Source of the DNA: Pristiophorus japonicus
Taxonomy: Eukaryota
Reading direction: 5' to 3'
NCBI RefSeq assembly: GCF_044704955.1
Contig: NW_027254520.1
Coordinates: 2,728,001-2,792,000, forward strand
Length of the DNA stretch: 64,000 nt
Made by a program: the position numbers and the translations under genes. The notes below the pieces were generated by a model that saw only the letters and a program-made list of their open reading frames with translations, had not been told where the DNA came from and searched no databases. The stretch's first letter is position 1. The number at the start of each line of letters is the position of its first letter. This document shows, one piece after another, positions 50,216 through 64,000 of the stretch.

Positions 50216-51350
50216 GTATTGGGGGTAATATACTGACGTGGATCGAGAACCTGTTGGCAGACAGGAAGCAGAGAGTCGGGATAAACGGGTCCTTTTCAGA
50301 AAGGCAGGCAGTGACAAGTGGAGTGCCCCAGGGCTCAGTGCTGGTGCCCCAGCTCTTTATAATATACATCAATGATTTGAATGATGGAATTAAGTGTCAT
50401 ATCTCCAGGTTTGCAAATGACATTAAAATGGGTGGCGGTGTGAACTGTGAGGAGGACGCTAAGAGGCTGCAGGATGATTTGGACATGTTAGGTGAGTGGG
50501 CAAATGCATGGCAGATGCAGTTTAATGTGGATAAAGGTGAGGTTATCCACTTTGGCGGAAAAAACACGAAGGCAGAATATTATCTGAATGGTGGCAGATT
50601 AGGAAAAGTGAGGTGCTACGAGACCTGCGTGTCATGGTTCATCAGTCATTGGAAATTTGCATACAGGTACAGCAGGCGGTGAAGAAGGCAAATGATATGT
50701 TGGCCTTCATCGCTAGTGGACTTGAGTATAGGAGCAGGAGGCCCTTGCTGCAGGTGTGCAGGGCCTTGGTGAAGCTTCACCTGGAATATTTTGTTCAGTT
50801 TTGTTCAACTAATCTGAGGAAGAACGTTCTTGCTATTGAGGGAGTGAAGCGAAGGTTCACCAGACTGATTCCCGCGATAGCAGGACTTACATTTGAGGAG
50901 AGACTGGATCGACTGGGCCTTTATACATTGGAATTTGGAAGGATGAGAGGGGATCTCATAGAAACGTACAAGATTCTAACGGGTCGGGACAGGTTAGATG
51001 CAAGTAGAGTGTTCCCTATGTTGGGGAAGTCCACGACCAGGGAACACAGTCTTTGGATAAGGGGTAGGCCATTTAGGACTGAGATGAGGAGAAACTTCTT
51101 CACTCAGAGAGTAGTGAAACTGTGGAATTCCCTGCCGCAGACAGTTGTTGATGCCAGTCCATTGGATATATTGTAGAGTGAGTTAGATATGGCCCATATG
51201 TGTAAGAGGATCAATGGGTATGGAGAGAAAGCAAGAAAGGGGTACTGAGGTGAATAATCAGCCATGATCTTATTGAATGGCAGTGCAGGCTCGACGGAAC
51301 GAATGGCCAATCCTTGCACCTATGTTCTATATTTCTTTGTTTCTATTTTC
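50212..51350 (+). mobile_element. CR1 LINE, 5'-truncated
   Basis: [42 protein letters not shown]; degenerate tail. Confidence 0.93.
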
Positions 51351-51980
51351 CCAATGACAAATGTTAGGCTAACTGGTCTATAGTTTCCTTATTTCAGTCT
51401 ACCTCCTTTCATAAATAGGGGCGTTATATATGTGGTTTTCCAATCCGGTTGGACCTCTCCAGAATCCTGGGAATTTTGGTAGATTACAACCAATGCATCT
51501 ACTATATCTGCAGCGACTTATTTTAATATCATAAGATGCAGACCGTCATGTCCGGGGTACATTTCCAACTTTAGTCCCATTTGTTTACCTGGTACGTTTC
51601 TCTAGCGATAGTGTTTGATCTAAGTTCCACCGTCCCAATAGCCACCGGATTATCAATTATTGGGATGCTTTTAGTGTCATCTAACATGATGAGCGATACC
51701 AAATTAATGTTGAAATCAGTGCCATTTCTCTGCTTCCCATGTTTCAATAAATCACCCCTCATTCTTCTATTCTCCAATGAGTACAGAACAAACCTGCTTA
51801 ATCATTGTTCATAAGACAGTCTGTTCGTCTCAGGAATCAACCTCGTGCATCGCTTCTTTCAAGATAATTTGAAACATAGAAACAGAGTAAATAGGTGCAG
51901 GAGTAGGCCATTCGGCCCTTCGAGCCTGGCACACCATTCAATAAGAACATGGCTGATCATTCCCTTAGAACCCCATTTTC
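51351..51980 (-). mobile_element. CR1 fragments (ORF2 piece and 3' tail)
   Basis: Reverse complement encodes NYRPVSLT-like sequence; tail GAAACATAGAAAC...AGGTGCAGGAGTAGGCCATTCGGCCC at 51871-51925. Confidence 0.7.
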
Positions 51981-52814
51981 TTCCCTTCATCGTTATAGAT
52001 CATGAATGATAAACTCGTCACTACGAAATTTCGAAGTTTACCTTTGCTTGGAGAGTACATGGATATTGCAGTTTGGTTACATAAAATACCGTTTGTCATT
52101 ACATAGTTATCGATTTCAGAGCCACATGAATAGGTTTATGCTGACCGACCATCCTGGAAAATGATTAAATAATATATAGAATACAGTTGCCCAATGAGCT
52201 TAAATGTTCTGCAAGGGGTCCCTTCCAAACGACATTTCACATTTTGAGGTTGTAATTATTTATGATTGAACTCCTTGCAGCAGTGAAAAAGTTGAGCCAT
52301 GTGTGCATTCTGCTACTGACAGTAAAACTGATATTAGAATGTCTAAATTATTCCTGTTACCTAAAGAAAGAAAGCAAGATTTTCTATAATTTCTTCTGAA
52401 CTGCCATTCTGTTGTCCTAGAATTTCTGATCCTGAGTTTTGTTACCTATACAGTGCAGAAATATCCTTTCGATGAGTTTTTTGGCATACCTGTCTACGCA
52501 GTCCAAATGAAGCCAGCACGACTCTTGCCATGATAACTATTATAGCTTCCATTTGAACCCTATCCTTCTCATATTTAAGGGGCCATTCGTGAAGAAGGGT
52601 GAGGCCGGGAAATAGCAGAATGTGGGAATCTGTGGAATGGAATTGGCAGATTGTAGGATACGAAAGAAAGAAAGGAAACCAGGATAGGGCGGCCACAATG
52701 AGAAGTAGCGCAACAAGAATTGAATACATAAAAGAGGGATGCAGCATCAGTTGAATTAATAAAATATCTAACCTATTTTGTTTTGAGCTTTTAAATATGG
52801 ATTGGTGAAATTAT

Positions 52815-53400
52815 ATTAACAACATCACAAGCAACATGATGTAATTCTACAGCGCCTTCTATTTAGTGAAACATCCCAAGGCGCTTCACAGGAATATTAT
52901 GCGATTGTAAAAATTTGGCAGCGAGACCCAGAGGGAGAAATTAGGGCAGGTTACCAAAACCTTGGTTAAAGACGTAGGATAGAAGATCGATTTCAACTAG
53001 AAAAGAAAGGTATCGAGGCGGAGAGGTTTAGGCAGGGAATTCCAGAGCTTATGGCCTAGGCAACAAAAGACACGGCCACCAATGGTTGAGTGATTATACG
53101 CATGCTGCTTAAGAGGGCAGAATTAGAGGAGCGCAGCTATCGCGGGGCTTAGTGGAGCTGGAGGAGATTACAGAAATAGGGAGGGGCGAGATCATGGAGC
53201 GATATGAAAGCAAGGATGCGAATTGAGAAATTCAGGCTTTGTTTAAACGGGAGCCAATGAAGGTCAGCGAGTACAGGGGTGATGGGTGTGCGAGACTTTG
53301 TGCGATTTAGGACACCGGCAGTCGAGTTTTGGGTCACGTAGTTTACGGAGGGTGGAATGTGTGAGATCAGCAGGAGCCGAGCGGTAACAAAGGAAAGTAT
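52815..53400 (-). mobile_element. L2 LINE 3' fragment
   Basis: QNSTAGVLNRTKSRTPITPVLADLHWLP...LHDLAPPY is the L2 ORF2 C-terminus; tail CATCCCAAGGCGCTTCACA. Confidence 0.85.
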
Positions 53401-53887
53401 GCGAGTTAACCCTGAATCAATAACATTGTAACAGTAAGGGATCCGTTTCAAAATGGAATTCCTTAAAATATTAAGATTCATTTTGCTTAACCTTAAATTG
53501 TTGGTTATACATAAAAATAAACACAAATCTTCTGACCTGAGCAAGAAAGAGTTCATGTATCGGTGGAGTGATCCGCATGTGAGTCCTCATTCAGACCTTG
53601 CTCACAGCCGATGAATGACTCGAAAATTGTCGACATGGCTGGTAGCTGGACTACTTCTCCATAAAGTAAAGTTTGAAAAGGGGAGATTGGTTCAATAATG
53701 TGAGTGTTTTTTAGCTCATAAGAAGGTATTTCTTCCAATGGCAGGAGGATAATAATCGTAGGAAATATATTTAAGGTAATTGGTAAAAGTGCCAGAGAGG
53801 AGATGAGGAGATATATGTTTACATGACGAACTTTTATGATCTGGAATGCATTGCGCGACAGGCTCATGGAAGCAGATTCGATACTGA

Positions 53888-54350
53888 AAACAAGAAAATC
53901 TTGCACATATATAGCTCCTTTCAAGGCCTGATGACGCCCTAAAGCGTTTACAGCCAATTAATTATGTTTGAAGTGTAGACACCGTTGTAATATAGGTACA
54001 TGGCAGGCAATTTGTGCACTGCATGGTCTCACAAATAGCAATGAAGTAATAACCAGATAATTTGTTTTAGTGATGTTGCTTGAGGGATGAATATTGCTCA
54101 GTACACTGTGGCGAACTCGACTGCTTGGGCTCGACATAGTGCTGTGAGATCTTTTATATCCATCTGAGAGATCAAACAAACTTCGGTTTAATTCCATTAC
54201 GAAAGACGGCACCACCAAATGTGCAGCGCACATTCAGTACTGCATTGAAGCGTCTGCACATATTTGGTGTCCATGTCTCTGTAGCGAGAGTTTAAACGAC
54301 TTACCTTTTGAATCACAGGCGAGAGTTATACCACAGAGCCACTGCTGACT
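53888..54350 (-). mobile_element. tRNA-derived Deu-domain-type SINE
   Basis: tRNA-like head at ~54290-54350 on the minus strand, central block GAAAGACGGCACC..GTGCAGC..TCAGTACTGCA, L2-like tail with TATATAGC..CTTT near 53910. Family recognised from memory, not from a search. Confidence 0.65.
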
Positions 54351-55329
54351 ACTTTCTAAAAATAGTCATGTTCTAAACGGAATTGGATATATACTTGAAA
54401 AGTAATGGATTGCTGGGATGAGACGGAAGAGCAACGGAGTTCGACAAATTGGATTCCTCTTACAAAGAGCCAGGAGAGGTACGATAGAGATTTCTAATTC
54501 TGTGAATCTATGCAGAATGCGTTACACACGATCTTCCGCCCATTAATATCAATGGAATGAAAGCTGCTGAAGATCTTCCATAATTGTCTCATAATGCGCC
54601 TGCAGTGTGTGTGAGACTCCGGCCATGGTGCAGATTAGGGAGAACCCAGTGCTGGAGTAGTCAATCGGAGAATAGCTAAGAAATTATTAATGAGTGTGGA
54701 TTAAAATGTACTTGTCCATTTGGAAGATAATAGGAGGCATTATCTCGGGATAATATTGTGGATGATAATAAAATCTTTTAAATTAGCCAACGAATATGGC
54801 AGTTAGACAGTAACGACTAGCAAAGGCCATGTGGTTAGGATTCGGAGGGCACACAAGTAAATCTTTGAAGAAAGTATGTGTGAGCGGCAGTGATGAAGTG
54901 GGGTTTTTAATTGTAGTTACAGTGTTCAACCACATAAAATAGGAATCTGAAATCCAGGAACACAGACACTAAGAAATAAAGGAATGGGGACCGGCGGGAG
55001 TGAAGGTTACTGACACTGCTGCAGGTTTCCTCAATTGTGCAAGAGAGTGGCAGAAATAATCCCAGTGTTTAAAATAAGGCTCGCAGAGATCGAGAGGGGG
55101 AGCACCAGGGATACGAGCAATGTAAAAAGGAGTTAGATTGATTTGAGGGAATTAATTTCAACTTTAACTAAACTTCTCGAATTTCTGAAACACATCACCT
55201 GAAGTGTGGGGAAAATATAGTTGGAGTGCAAAGTTTGATTTTAATGACTCAGCGGACAAAGCACCACATCTACTAAGGGTGAGGAATTATACGATGGGCT
55301 GGGAGATCAGGTACCGCACAGACAGCTCG

Positions 55330-55530
55330 TTCCGAAATGAAAGTAGGTTAAGACAGAGATATAGTTTCGTAACAGATAAGGGATTAAGTGATTATGGGGA
55401 GCGGGTAGGGAAGTGGACCTGAGTGCATGATCGGATCAAGCATCATTATATTAAATGACAGAAAGGCTCGAGGGACCTTATGGCCTACTCCTGTTCCTAT
55501 TTCTTATGTTCTTATGTTCGTATATTCTTA
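55330..55530 (+). mobile_element. CR1 3' tail
   Basis: GGCTCGAGGG..ATGGCCTACTCCTGTTCCTATTTCTTATGTTCTTATGTT. Confidence 0.7.
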
Positions 55531-57322
55531 TTTTATCTAGAAATTGGAACCTGTAAGTGACGGGTGACTATTGAACTATTGGAATCTCACTCCGGAACTA
55601 TTTATCTTTAACGTTTTGTTTAACAGATTCTCAATGAGGCGGAGGTTATCTTAGAAACAAATAGAAATGAAAATTATATCTACGTAAAGAAACATTAAAA
55701 AAACCATAGATACTCTGCGGGAGTAAGCCAACTGACCCATTCTATCTCTGCTGAGTTCTTTGGTACAGCGATCAGAAATTATACACACTGTCCTCCTCTC
55801 TCTCTCCAGTAATTCATCTTCCTCTGCTTCAAATATTCATCGACCCTTCCCTTAACTATGTCCTGAAGCAACCCTTTCATGAAAAAGTTTCGGCTAACCA
55901 TCTGCTTATTCGCTTTTTGCCCACTTTGTGTCGATCTCCCTTTATCAATGACTCTCTAATTAAATGGAATCATCTCTCCCTCATAATTGCGTAGAAACAG
56001 TTTAGAATGAGTTAAATTTCTATTAAATCGCCTTTTAATTTTCGTAGCTGTATTGTATATATTCCTAATAACTCGTCCCTAATCACAAGTATAGTTCTGA
56101 TCCATAGCGCCATTGTGCTAAATCGACACTACCCGTTCTCAGTGGATTTAATGGATTTTAAACAATGAGGGTCCGAATCTGTACCTGGTTTTGTAACGAT
56201 GGCCTCGACAGTAGTGTGTAAAGATGTATCATTCCTTGTGTATTATTATGATCTATGCCCATATCTATGATACAGAATTTATGTTTAAGTTATCATGGAT
56301 TTATCCCCCTGAAAACACACTTGCTATGAATTGAATATTTGTATTGCTATCGCTCGCTGTCCATCCAAACTCTTAGCTCCTTCCCATTGAGACTCTGCTC
56401 GCATTCCTTGGCATTTCCCAAACAATCAGGCGAGTTCTCCGATGGATAATATGTAAGTAAGCTCGTGTTCCTGCGATGAGTTCATTATTTTTTGGAAGAA
56501 TGTGCAACCACATCATAATTGATAATTGCCAAACATTCTTCCTACTGTCTGCAAATGTTCAGCAAAATACAGCAGAGTAAATATCAGTTTGATTTTAGCT
56601 GAATTTCTGGCTGTATTTTTGACAGATTAATTGCATCAATTGTAAGATTTTTAACATTTATGAAAATTATTATTTTTGCATTCCTTTACTCTATTTGAGG
56701 AGGGTCATTGATACAGAATATCAATAACATTACTCAGCACAATGCAACAATATACTCCATCTCTGTGTTAAGTGAGACACCAGTCGGTGCACAATCGACA
56801 TTTTCAGTCAGTATCCGGGACACACGAGGTGAAAGCTTCTATCGATGAATCGAGTTCCGACTACTTCCTCCATGCGAAAACTGATCACCTAAAAAAAAAA
56901 CGCACTATTTGTCAATGATAAATGGTGTACAATACGCCGGTATTATTCACACAAATTACTGGAAAGTTACCAATATCGGCAATCGCAAGACATTTGATTT
57001 TTTAGGCACCGACTGAAACTTTATTGATGAATTTAAATTGGGCCGCTCGATTCCTGTTCCTGCAGTATACGGCGTATGCCTGTACTATCCACATGTCCGA
57101 AACAGCTGCTGAATCTCATCATTGTTATCCTAGCTCCATGATCGTGATCTGTGCTAAATTTTCAGGACGAGATTATGTTTACTCAGCGAAACAAGCGCGT
57201 AAACTAAAGCAATGCATCAATCAAACACATGCTACAAAATGAATGAATCTTCACACAAGATCTCACCAATGTTTCAAATCACCAGAAAAGAAAGTACGTT
57301 CTACGGTGGAAACTCTCGTTTA

Positions 57323-60084
57323 TGTAGGCACCTTTAGTGATGACTCCACGAGGCAGGGTATGGCACTTAAACTGTGCAGACCTACAGTCCTTCACTAGCA
57401 GCTCCTGAGTGACGACAACAAGCTGTGAGTTCCCTTTTATACTGGGTTAGCTGCCCTGTGCAGGAAACACCTGGATCTCCAGCAACAGCACCCTCTGGTG
57501 TACTGGTAAGGTGTGTACAGTACAAGGGTACATTCAATGTGGCATAACAGTCTTACAGACATCGCACATTGAACAGGCATGCCTACACAGCAATATTCCC
57601 CCATGAGCATTTTTCATCTCCTTGTTGACATGACCAGGGGAGGTTATGTGTGGTGGGCTATGTGAGGTTGTGATGAGGGTTGTGTGTTTGCCAGGTGTGA
57701 CCCCTGTGCTTGAGGCTGGCCTGGGATGTTTCCCCTCCTTCACACACAAACCAAGTTGGTGTCACTGTTGTGGGATGCCTCAGGGAGGTGGACACGGCAG
57801 CAGTAGATGGTGTGTATACTCTGTGATGTGGGTAGTTGTGGGGTTGTGGGCAGGGCCACAAGACTGGATGGGCTTCTTGTCCAGCAATGAGGATTATGGT
57901 CAGGTCATCACAGGGTTTGCCAGGGAAGTTAGAGGGTATTGGCCTCATGCTTCTTTTATTGGCCCTGGTGGCCAGGGGCTGTAGGTCTGGTCTGGTGCAG
58001 GTTGCCATTGGTGGTGGCTGGGCTGCCCATTGAACACTGTCCCTCCAGTGGGTCTCACTGCCTGTGTGTGTGTCCTGCAAGGGACATCACATTCGTTCCA
58101 AAAGTCCAGGCTACATGGCCAGGTAGCCTACTGGACCAGGGGGTCTCCCACAGGGGGATTCCATTGGTATCAGCATGTTCCCTGTAGGACCCAATATCCT
58201 TTGGCAGTGTCGTATCGGTATACATGACATCTTGACTCTGATCACACATAGTCGAGCCTGCATTATACATTCTTGCATTTGCATCACTTATGGGTGTCCT
58301 GTTTTCAACAGACATGGTTACATTAGGCATTTCACAATCTCTCTCCTTACTGTTACGCATAATAAACGTGTTCTTAACATTCCTGAAACCTGTATTCATC
58401 TCTTTAGTCACATTAGTTAAACCAGCATCACAATCCATGGTTACATTGCATACATTTACATACTTGCACCCTTTAATTGTATTTTTAGTTTAAAGTCCGT
58501 GCACTCAAATAGTTGGAAGTTCCCCTTTATTTTTTTTTGCTTATCAGTCTCCTTTGCGGGACTCTTCAAATCCGATTGGCCGCTCGATGTCACATGATGC
58601 TCCTCCATGTTGACTTGTTGCATGGAGGAGGTCATTTTGATTACAGGTCTGCTGCTTGAGGTGCTGCAGCCATTTTGTGGTCTTGCTGCAGCTGCTGTGG
58701 TGCTCTTTTCTTCCAGGTGCTTGTGGTGCTGCAGCCACTTTGTAGTCTTGCTGCAGGTAGGCTGTCGTGCTCTTTTCTTCCAGAGTGCCACTTCGCCTGA
58801 TGTGGATCCGGTTCATCCTATTCCTGGCTAGCAGCATGGGACCGTCGCCGGCTACAATCCACAGGGTGAGTTTGTTCAACACGCCGCCCTGGGTGAACTG
58901 GACGTCTACTCTGCCACGATTTGGATTTTACCTTGTATAGGTGTGCAGCTTTGCCTGGACAGGAAACAGTTTTGGTCGAGGGGCAGGACTCCTCCAATTT
59001 TTTTCAAAGGTATTTTGGCTCATCACAGTCTGGCTCGCACCAGTGTCGATCACTATGCAGACTGGCAGTCCATCGATGTCCACTTCCATCATCCACAGAG
59101 AACTTCCGGTGGTGCAGGTAAAGATTTCCATACTCTTCTCCCAGGGATTGAGCAGCTTCATCTTCATTTGTGTCGGAGCCCCGGTGATTCGTCAACTCAT
59201 CAGAGCCTTTTCTGCACATTCTCTGAAGGTGCCCATTTTCTTAGCAGTCTTTGCATGCATTGTCTTTGTTGTGGCACTGGTGGGCCCTGTGGTTTCCTCC
59301 ACATCGCCAGCATGGGGCCATCCGGTTTTCCCCATGTGGCAGACTCAGGGTTGCGGGACTCGGCGCAGCATTTCTGCTTTTAGAAGCATCCATACAGTGC
59401 ACTGCGCTCGTCGGTTTAGAGTCCTGGGTCAGTATTCGCCTGGAGTCGTTGGCCGAAACTATGTAGACCTGGCTTACTTGAATTGCTTTCTGCAGGGTGA
59501 TCGTGAGGTCAACCGAGAGCAACTTGTGTAGGAGGCCTTCGTGGCCGATTCCGATGAAAAATATGTCCCTTAGCGCTTCATTAAGGTGGTCGCCAAACTC
59601 ACACGGTGCAGCTACTCTTCTTAAGTGTGCAGCATACTTGGCAATTTATTTGCCCTAAGGTCACCGGCAAGTGTAAAACCGATGCCTGGCTGTGAGGATG
59701 CTTTGCTTGTGTTTTAGTTGTTCCTGTGTGATTGCTACAAGTTCCTCATAACCCTTTGCGGTTGTCTTCTCCCGGGCTAGTATGTCCCTGATGAGACCGT
59801 AGATGGTGGGCCGACATTCTCGTCGGCAGTTGTCGTGTATGTAGGCAGGGTATGTCACTTAAACTGTGCAGATCTGCAGTCCTTTATTAGCAGCTCGTGA
59901 GTGACGACAACAACCTGTGAGTTCCCTTTTATACTGAGTTACCTGCCATGTTCAGGCAACCCCTGGGTCTCCAGCAATAGCACACTCTGGTGTACCGGTA
60001 AGCTGTGTAAAGTACAAGGGTACATTCAATGTGGCACAACCGTGTTACAGACATCGCACAGTAAACAGGCATGCCTAGACAACA
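57323..60084 (-). mobile_element. Ty3/Gypsy element with two LTRs, internally deleted (gag and protease kept; RT, RNase H and integrase core missing)
   Basis: Direct repeats 57323-57592 and 59842-60084 starting TG on the minus strand; PPT next to 57593; gag PTIYGLIRDIL..ARHRFY, CCHC knuckle CWRCGGNH...C, protease VIDTGASQTVMS and LWIVAGDGPMLL. Confidence 0.88.
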
Positions 60085-60159
60085 GAAATGGCGGTGAAAT
60101 TGAGCTTTAGTGATGAGGAAACTTTCTTTTTAATTGAATCGTTTTATTGCCTTTTCCTA

Positions 60160-61518
60160 TCTCATCTCAGAATGAGTGTCTATGGAGATTTCACCACATT
60201 CTTCAGATCTTCTCTGAATTTCATCTGGGTTATTGCATAAATACACGGGTTTTAAAAGCAAGTAAAAAATGTTCACATTGTTCCTGTTCCAGTGGCTATA
60301 TAACCAGGTTATGTGCTGTCACTTCGGTAATAATTGATGCTTGCCAGCTTGGTAGTTACCAAACTCACGGCTGTTGTCAGCCACAAAAATATAAAACTGC
60401 CCGAAATAGTGAAAAGTAAAATATGAATTTCCTTCGGTTCTCCTTCTCTGAATCGCTGTGGTCGTCACTCCTGTGCCCTCGGAGAGTCCTGCGGGATCTA
60501 CTGGCCACTAAAATACGTTTAATTGTCAAATAATTTAAAAAGGCAGTCAAAGTAAAAGGAAGCCAAACGACCCAGGCGCTGTGAAACCAGATGTACGCTG
60601 CACCTGCAGGTGATTCAATAAAAGCCGCAATTGTCTGGCAGCCTCACTGCACGTTGTTAATTATTTATTCAGGTTCCAATGCAAACAAAATAGGGATGTT
60701 CTTTAAAAATAGGAATATTGTGAACTTTGTTATAACCGCGGTCGCAGATGCTGGTGCAATACTTTGTTTTAAACTTCTGGCAGCAGATAACTACAAATCG
60801 GTCAAATGTGAAGGAGATGGTGAAGCAAACAGAGACATGTAAAGGATGAGCTTACACATGGGCGTGTGGTAAATGAATGAAAATGGAAAGCGATAACTGA
60901 AAATATTATACATTATTACATTGATGATCATGGCTAATAGATCGGCTGTTGCCATGGCCACAATGTAGACAGATATACATTTTGAAAGGCCGCAGTTACC
61001 TCGGGAGAGAATCACAATTGTCACCAAGCTTGTTGTAAGAAAAATGGAGGAGGAAAGAATGTTAGGGTGTGTGGTTGAAATATATATTGTGACACCTGTT
61101 GAGTGCATTAACTTAATTCAGTGTGATCATCAACACGGAGCAGTGTGAGAACAGAATTTGTATTGGTGCCATTTCTGGGGCAAACGACCCATACATTTTA
61201 ATTCGCTGCTGCAGCGCTCACTATGCCCGGGGTGACAAGACGATCCGAAAATCCTTGTGTTGGAGCTTCAGAGAACACAGTCACTTAATTCATGTTGTTG
61301 ATTTAAAGGGAGCGCAGAAAGAGCAGACACACATTTCGCGAGTTGTTTCCTGTCCCTTCCAATAGTGTGATGCTAGAAAACAAGTTACATTAACCAACAG
61401 GGATATGGTTAACAATCGATTAACAACACACATGTTACAATGGCTCACCGGGGATACCGACGGCTGCGAGAATCAGGTACAAAATATCTTTGATCAGTAC
61501 AATAGCTGGTCGCCCCAT
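60160..61518 (-). pseudogene. GPR139-like class A GPCR pseudogene, two exons (61449-61518; ~60160-61032)
   Basis: Exon 1 MGRPAIVLIKDILYLILAAVGIP with a GTGAG donor; exon 2 SLVTIVILSRGNCGLSKCISVYIVAMATADLL..., FTFDRFVVICCQKFKTKYC, ENRRKF, NPCIYA; acceptor is AA rather than AG, plus a frameshifting deletion in TM3 and in-frame stops. Confidence 0.85.
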
Positions 61519-61954
61519 TTTCTGTGAGAATGGAAAGTTTCTTTTGAAGTTGAAAGACACTGACTGGCGAACGGCTGAGGCAATGGAATGGAACCGGTAA
61601 TTATCCACGTGTCAATCATCCAGGGAGTCAATTAGCTGAAATCATCATTATCATTAGTTACAGACATTGAATACATAGACTTGAAGGTTGGAATTTTATC
61701 TCATACGTCAGGTTAAGAGAAATGTTTGAGTTTCTTATTGGAAATGTTTAAAAACCATTATTTTGAAGTAGAAAATTTATGCTCATTGCACTGCTGCTGA
61801 AACTATTCCCAAAGGAGTAGTGAAGACAGTTCCCCGAACAATAAACGTCCAGACCCAGCGCTTGACTCAATCCTCAAGCTGCAACTTCTCCAGAATATGC
61901 GATGCACCAAGTCTTGCAATTTGGTGAACATCATGGCGCTGCCGCATTAAGCAT

Positions 61955-62690
61955 AACGGTGCTCCTCCTGTTGTTATAGTACACCTACCCTTAAAGTAGA
62001 TGTGAGCGTGCTCCTCCTGTACGAATTGTCCCTTAAACTTATTCTACAGCTGACAGTGCTCCACATGCACTGATGGAAACCCTACACTTTAACTCGAGTT
62101 GATCGTGCTATTGCTGCACAAGGGGAAACAATTCACGTAAACTAGAGGAGAAAGGGCTCCATCGGTGCTCGTGACAAATTACATTTACAGGAGAGGTGAC
62201 AATCCTCCTCCATCACGAGTGGTAGCCCTGCACTTAAACTGGTGGTGAGTATTGGCGCCCTGGTAATAGTGATTCCCTGAACTTACACCAGAGGTGACCC
62301 TGCTCCGACACATCCACTAGTGCTCCTCCAGTAATAATGGTACACCCACACTTCCAATGGTACTGGCAGTGCTCTGCTCATACGTGCGCCAATCTACAAT
62401 TACAAATGAACTGATCATCTTCCTTCTGTACTGGCGGCAATCGTAAACATATATTAGTGGAAATTATGCTCCTTCGGTGCTCGTACTCCCTTACACTTGT
62501 ACTCGATGTGGCAGAGCTGCTAATGGCATCCTACACTTATATTCGAGGTGAGAGAGCTACTCCAGTGCTAGTGCTCCTCTACATTTATGCTAGTGGTGAC
62601 AGAGCTATTCCAGTGCTAGTCGTCCCCTACACTTACACTCGAGGTGACAGTGCGACTCCAGTACTAGCGCTCCCCTACACTTATGCTGAG
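61955..62690 (+). repeat. Highly diverged ~48-bp minisatellite
   Basis: GGTGACAGAGCTACTCCAGTGCTAGTGCTCCCCTACACTTACACTCGA-like units, clearest at 62530-62690. Confidence 0.65.
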
Positions 62691-63199
62691 CCTGGATACA
62701 CGGGGGAGTTTGATTTTTGCAAAAATATGGAAAGTGGAAATCTGACGAGTAATGGGTGACGGGGCACTTCATGAACATTAATAAATGAAGCTCAATCACA
62801 ATTAAAGTACTGAGCTATTGTTAGCGAAAGGTTTTCATTCAAGTTTTTGAACAATGGAGTGAGGCTTCGGAGGTTGTTTAATCACAGAGTATATTCAATC
62901 GTACTTAAACATACAATTAAAGGTAATACCTACAACCACAGCTGCCGACGGTTTGTTGGGGTTTCAAACGTGTCCCAGTTCTGAACTTAGTCTCGAAGTC
63001 CATTGCAAAGGCTCATTATGGACTGTATTGAGTGTCGATCCCCACAATTTTGCTTTATGTAAACTTATAAAACTTAAATTACAACTCGGTATAAGGATAA
63101 TGTAATCATGGAATCATCTTTTATCAACAATAATTTCTCTACGTAAAGAGAATTTTTTTCCCTGGGGCTAACACATATCATTCCCTCCGTTTGTTGTAT

Positions 63200-63700
63200 T
63201 AATAATAGTTTCAATCTTGGCCAATAATTTACCTTCAATTCTGTGAAATTTAAATTCAGCACACATTCACTTTCGTGGAACGCTATCGAATGCCTTTTGA
63301 ATTTCCATATAAGCTGCAAAGATATACTACGCCTATTACTCTTTTACTTTAGTTACTACCTAAAAATTCAATGAGGTTTGCTATGCAGTTCCTACCATTT
63401 ACACATACAGTAACTTCCCTGCAACAGATGCTAGACTAAAAGGTTTATAATGTCCTGGATTCTCTCTCGCAACTTTCCAGGGCAGTAGAGTACATTTGTA
63501 ATTTTCCAATATAAAAGCATAATTCCTTAATCGAGATTGCTTTGGAAAACTTCAGTTCCTTATGATTTCTCAGAGTTTAGTGTCTTTAATTTTTCTACTA
63601 ATTCTTTCTTGCTTACGTTATTTTGAGTAAGCTACATTCATTGATTCATTATTAATTTCCATGCAATATTAGGCATTATATTCTCTTTCTCAAATGTGAA
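63200..63700 (-). mobile_element. Old CR1-like fragment
   Basis: Minus-strand remnants of DIQKAFDSVP (near 63280) and NYKPFSL (near 63440). Confidence 0.5.
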
Positions 63701-64000
63701 TACTCAGTACTGATGGCAGTGTCTCGTGATATGGAACGCATCACTCGCAGACCAATCATTCAGCCACGTGATCACCTTTCTGGTCGAGTGTGGCTATGTT
63801 AATTGGCATATGGATCTTGTATTAATCCTGAGATTATCAGCTTTGATGACATGTTTTGTTATTTCAACTCCGAACTCCTCATAATCCCTCAGCAGGAACT
63901 GTTCTCTTTCTGCTCTTTGCCATTGCTTCCGACGTGAATCATGACATACTTCCTTGTCCAAGTTCTTTTCAGCTGTATCGTGCTGTCAATTTCATGCAAT

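Noticed and set aside
58941-59531. 196-aa plus-strand ORF
   Set aside because: Antisense shadow of the Gypsy gag-protease region.

Overview
Repeat-dense vertebrate DNA, most likely from a cartilaginous fish. That assignment is an inference from CR1 LINEs with (CTATGTTT)n tails, a Deu-type SINE and a shark-style GPR139-like gene. No intact protein-coding gene is supported. The first ~36 kb is an old, diverged inverted duplication. Each arm holds, in mirrored order: a 67-bp satellite, a truncated Gypsy integrase plus LTR, ~2.9-kb tandem units (tRNA-Val-like gene, tRNA-Lys relic, CR1 piece), a 5'-truncated CR1 and an array of degenerate 5S rDNA. The two 5S arrays converge near 19.8-20.1 kb and mix two spacer types. 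One type carries a second 5S-derived pseudogene; the other carries a CR1 endonuclease relic. The rest of the window has GT-rich and 41-bp satellites and a decayed endogenous retrovirus (partial pol, env with an unusually long TM, 3' LTR; probably snakehead-retrovirus-like). It also has several CR1/L2/SINE copies, an internally deleted Gypsy element with two LTRs and a two-exon GPR139-like pseudogene. All coordinates were read by eye, so repeat edges are approximate.
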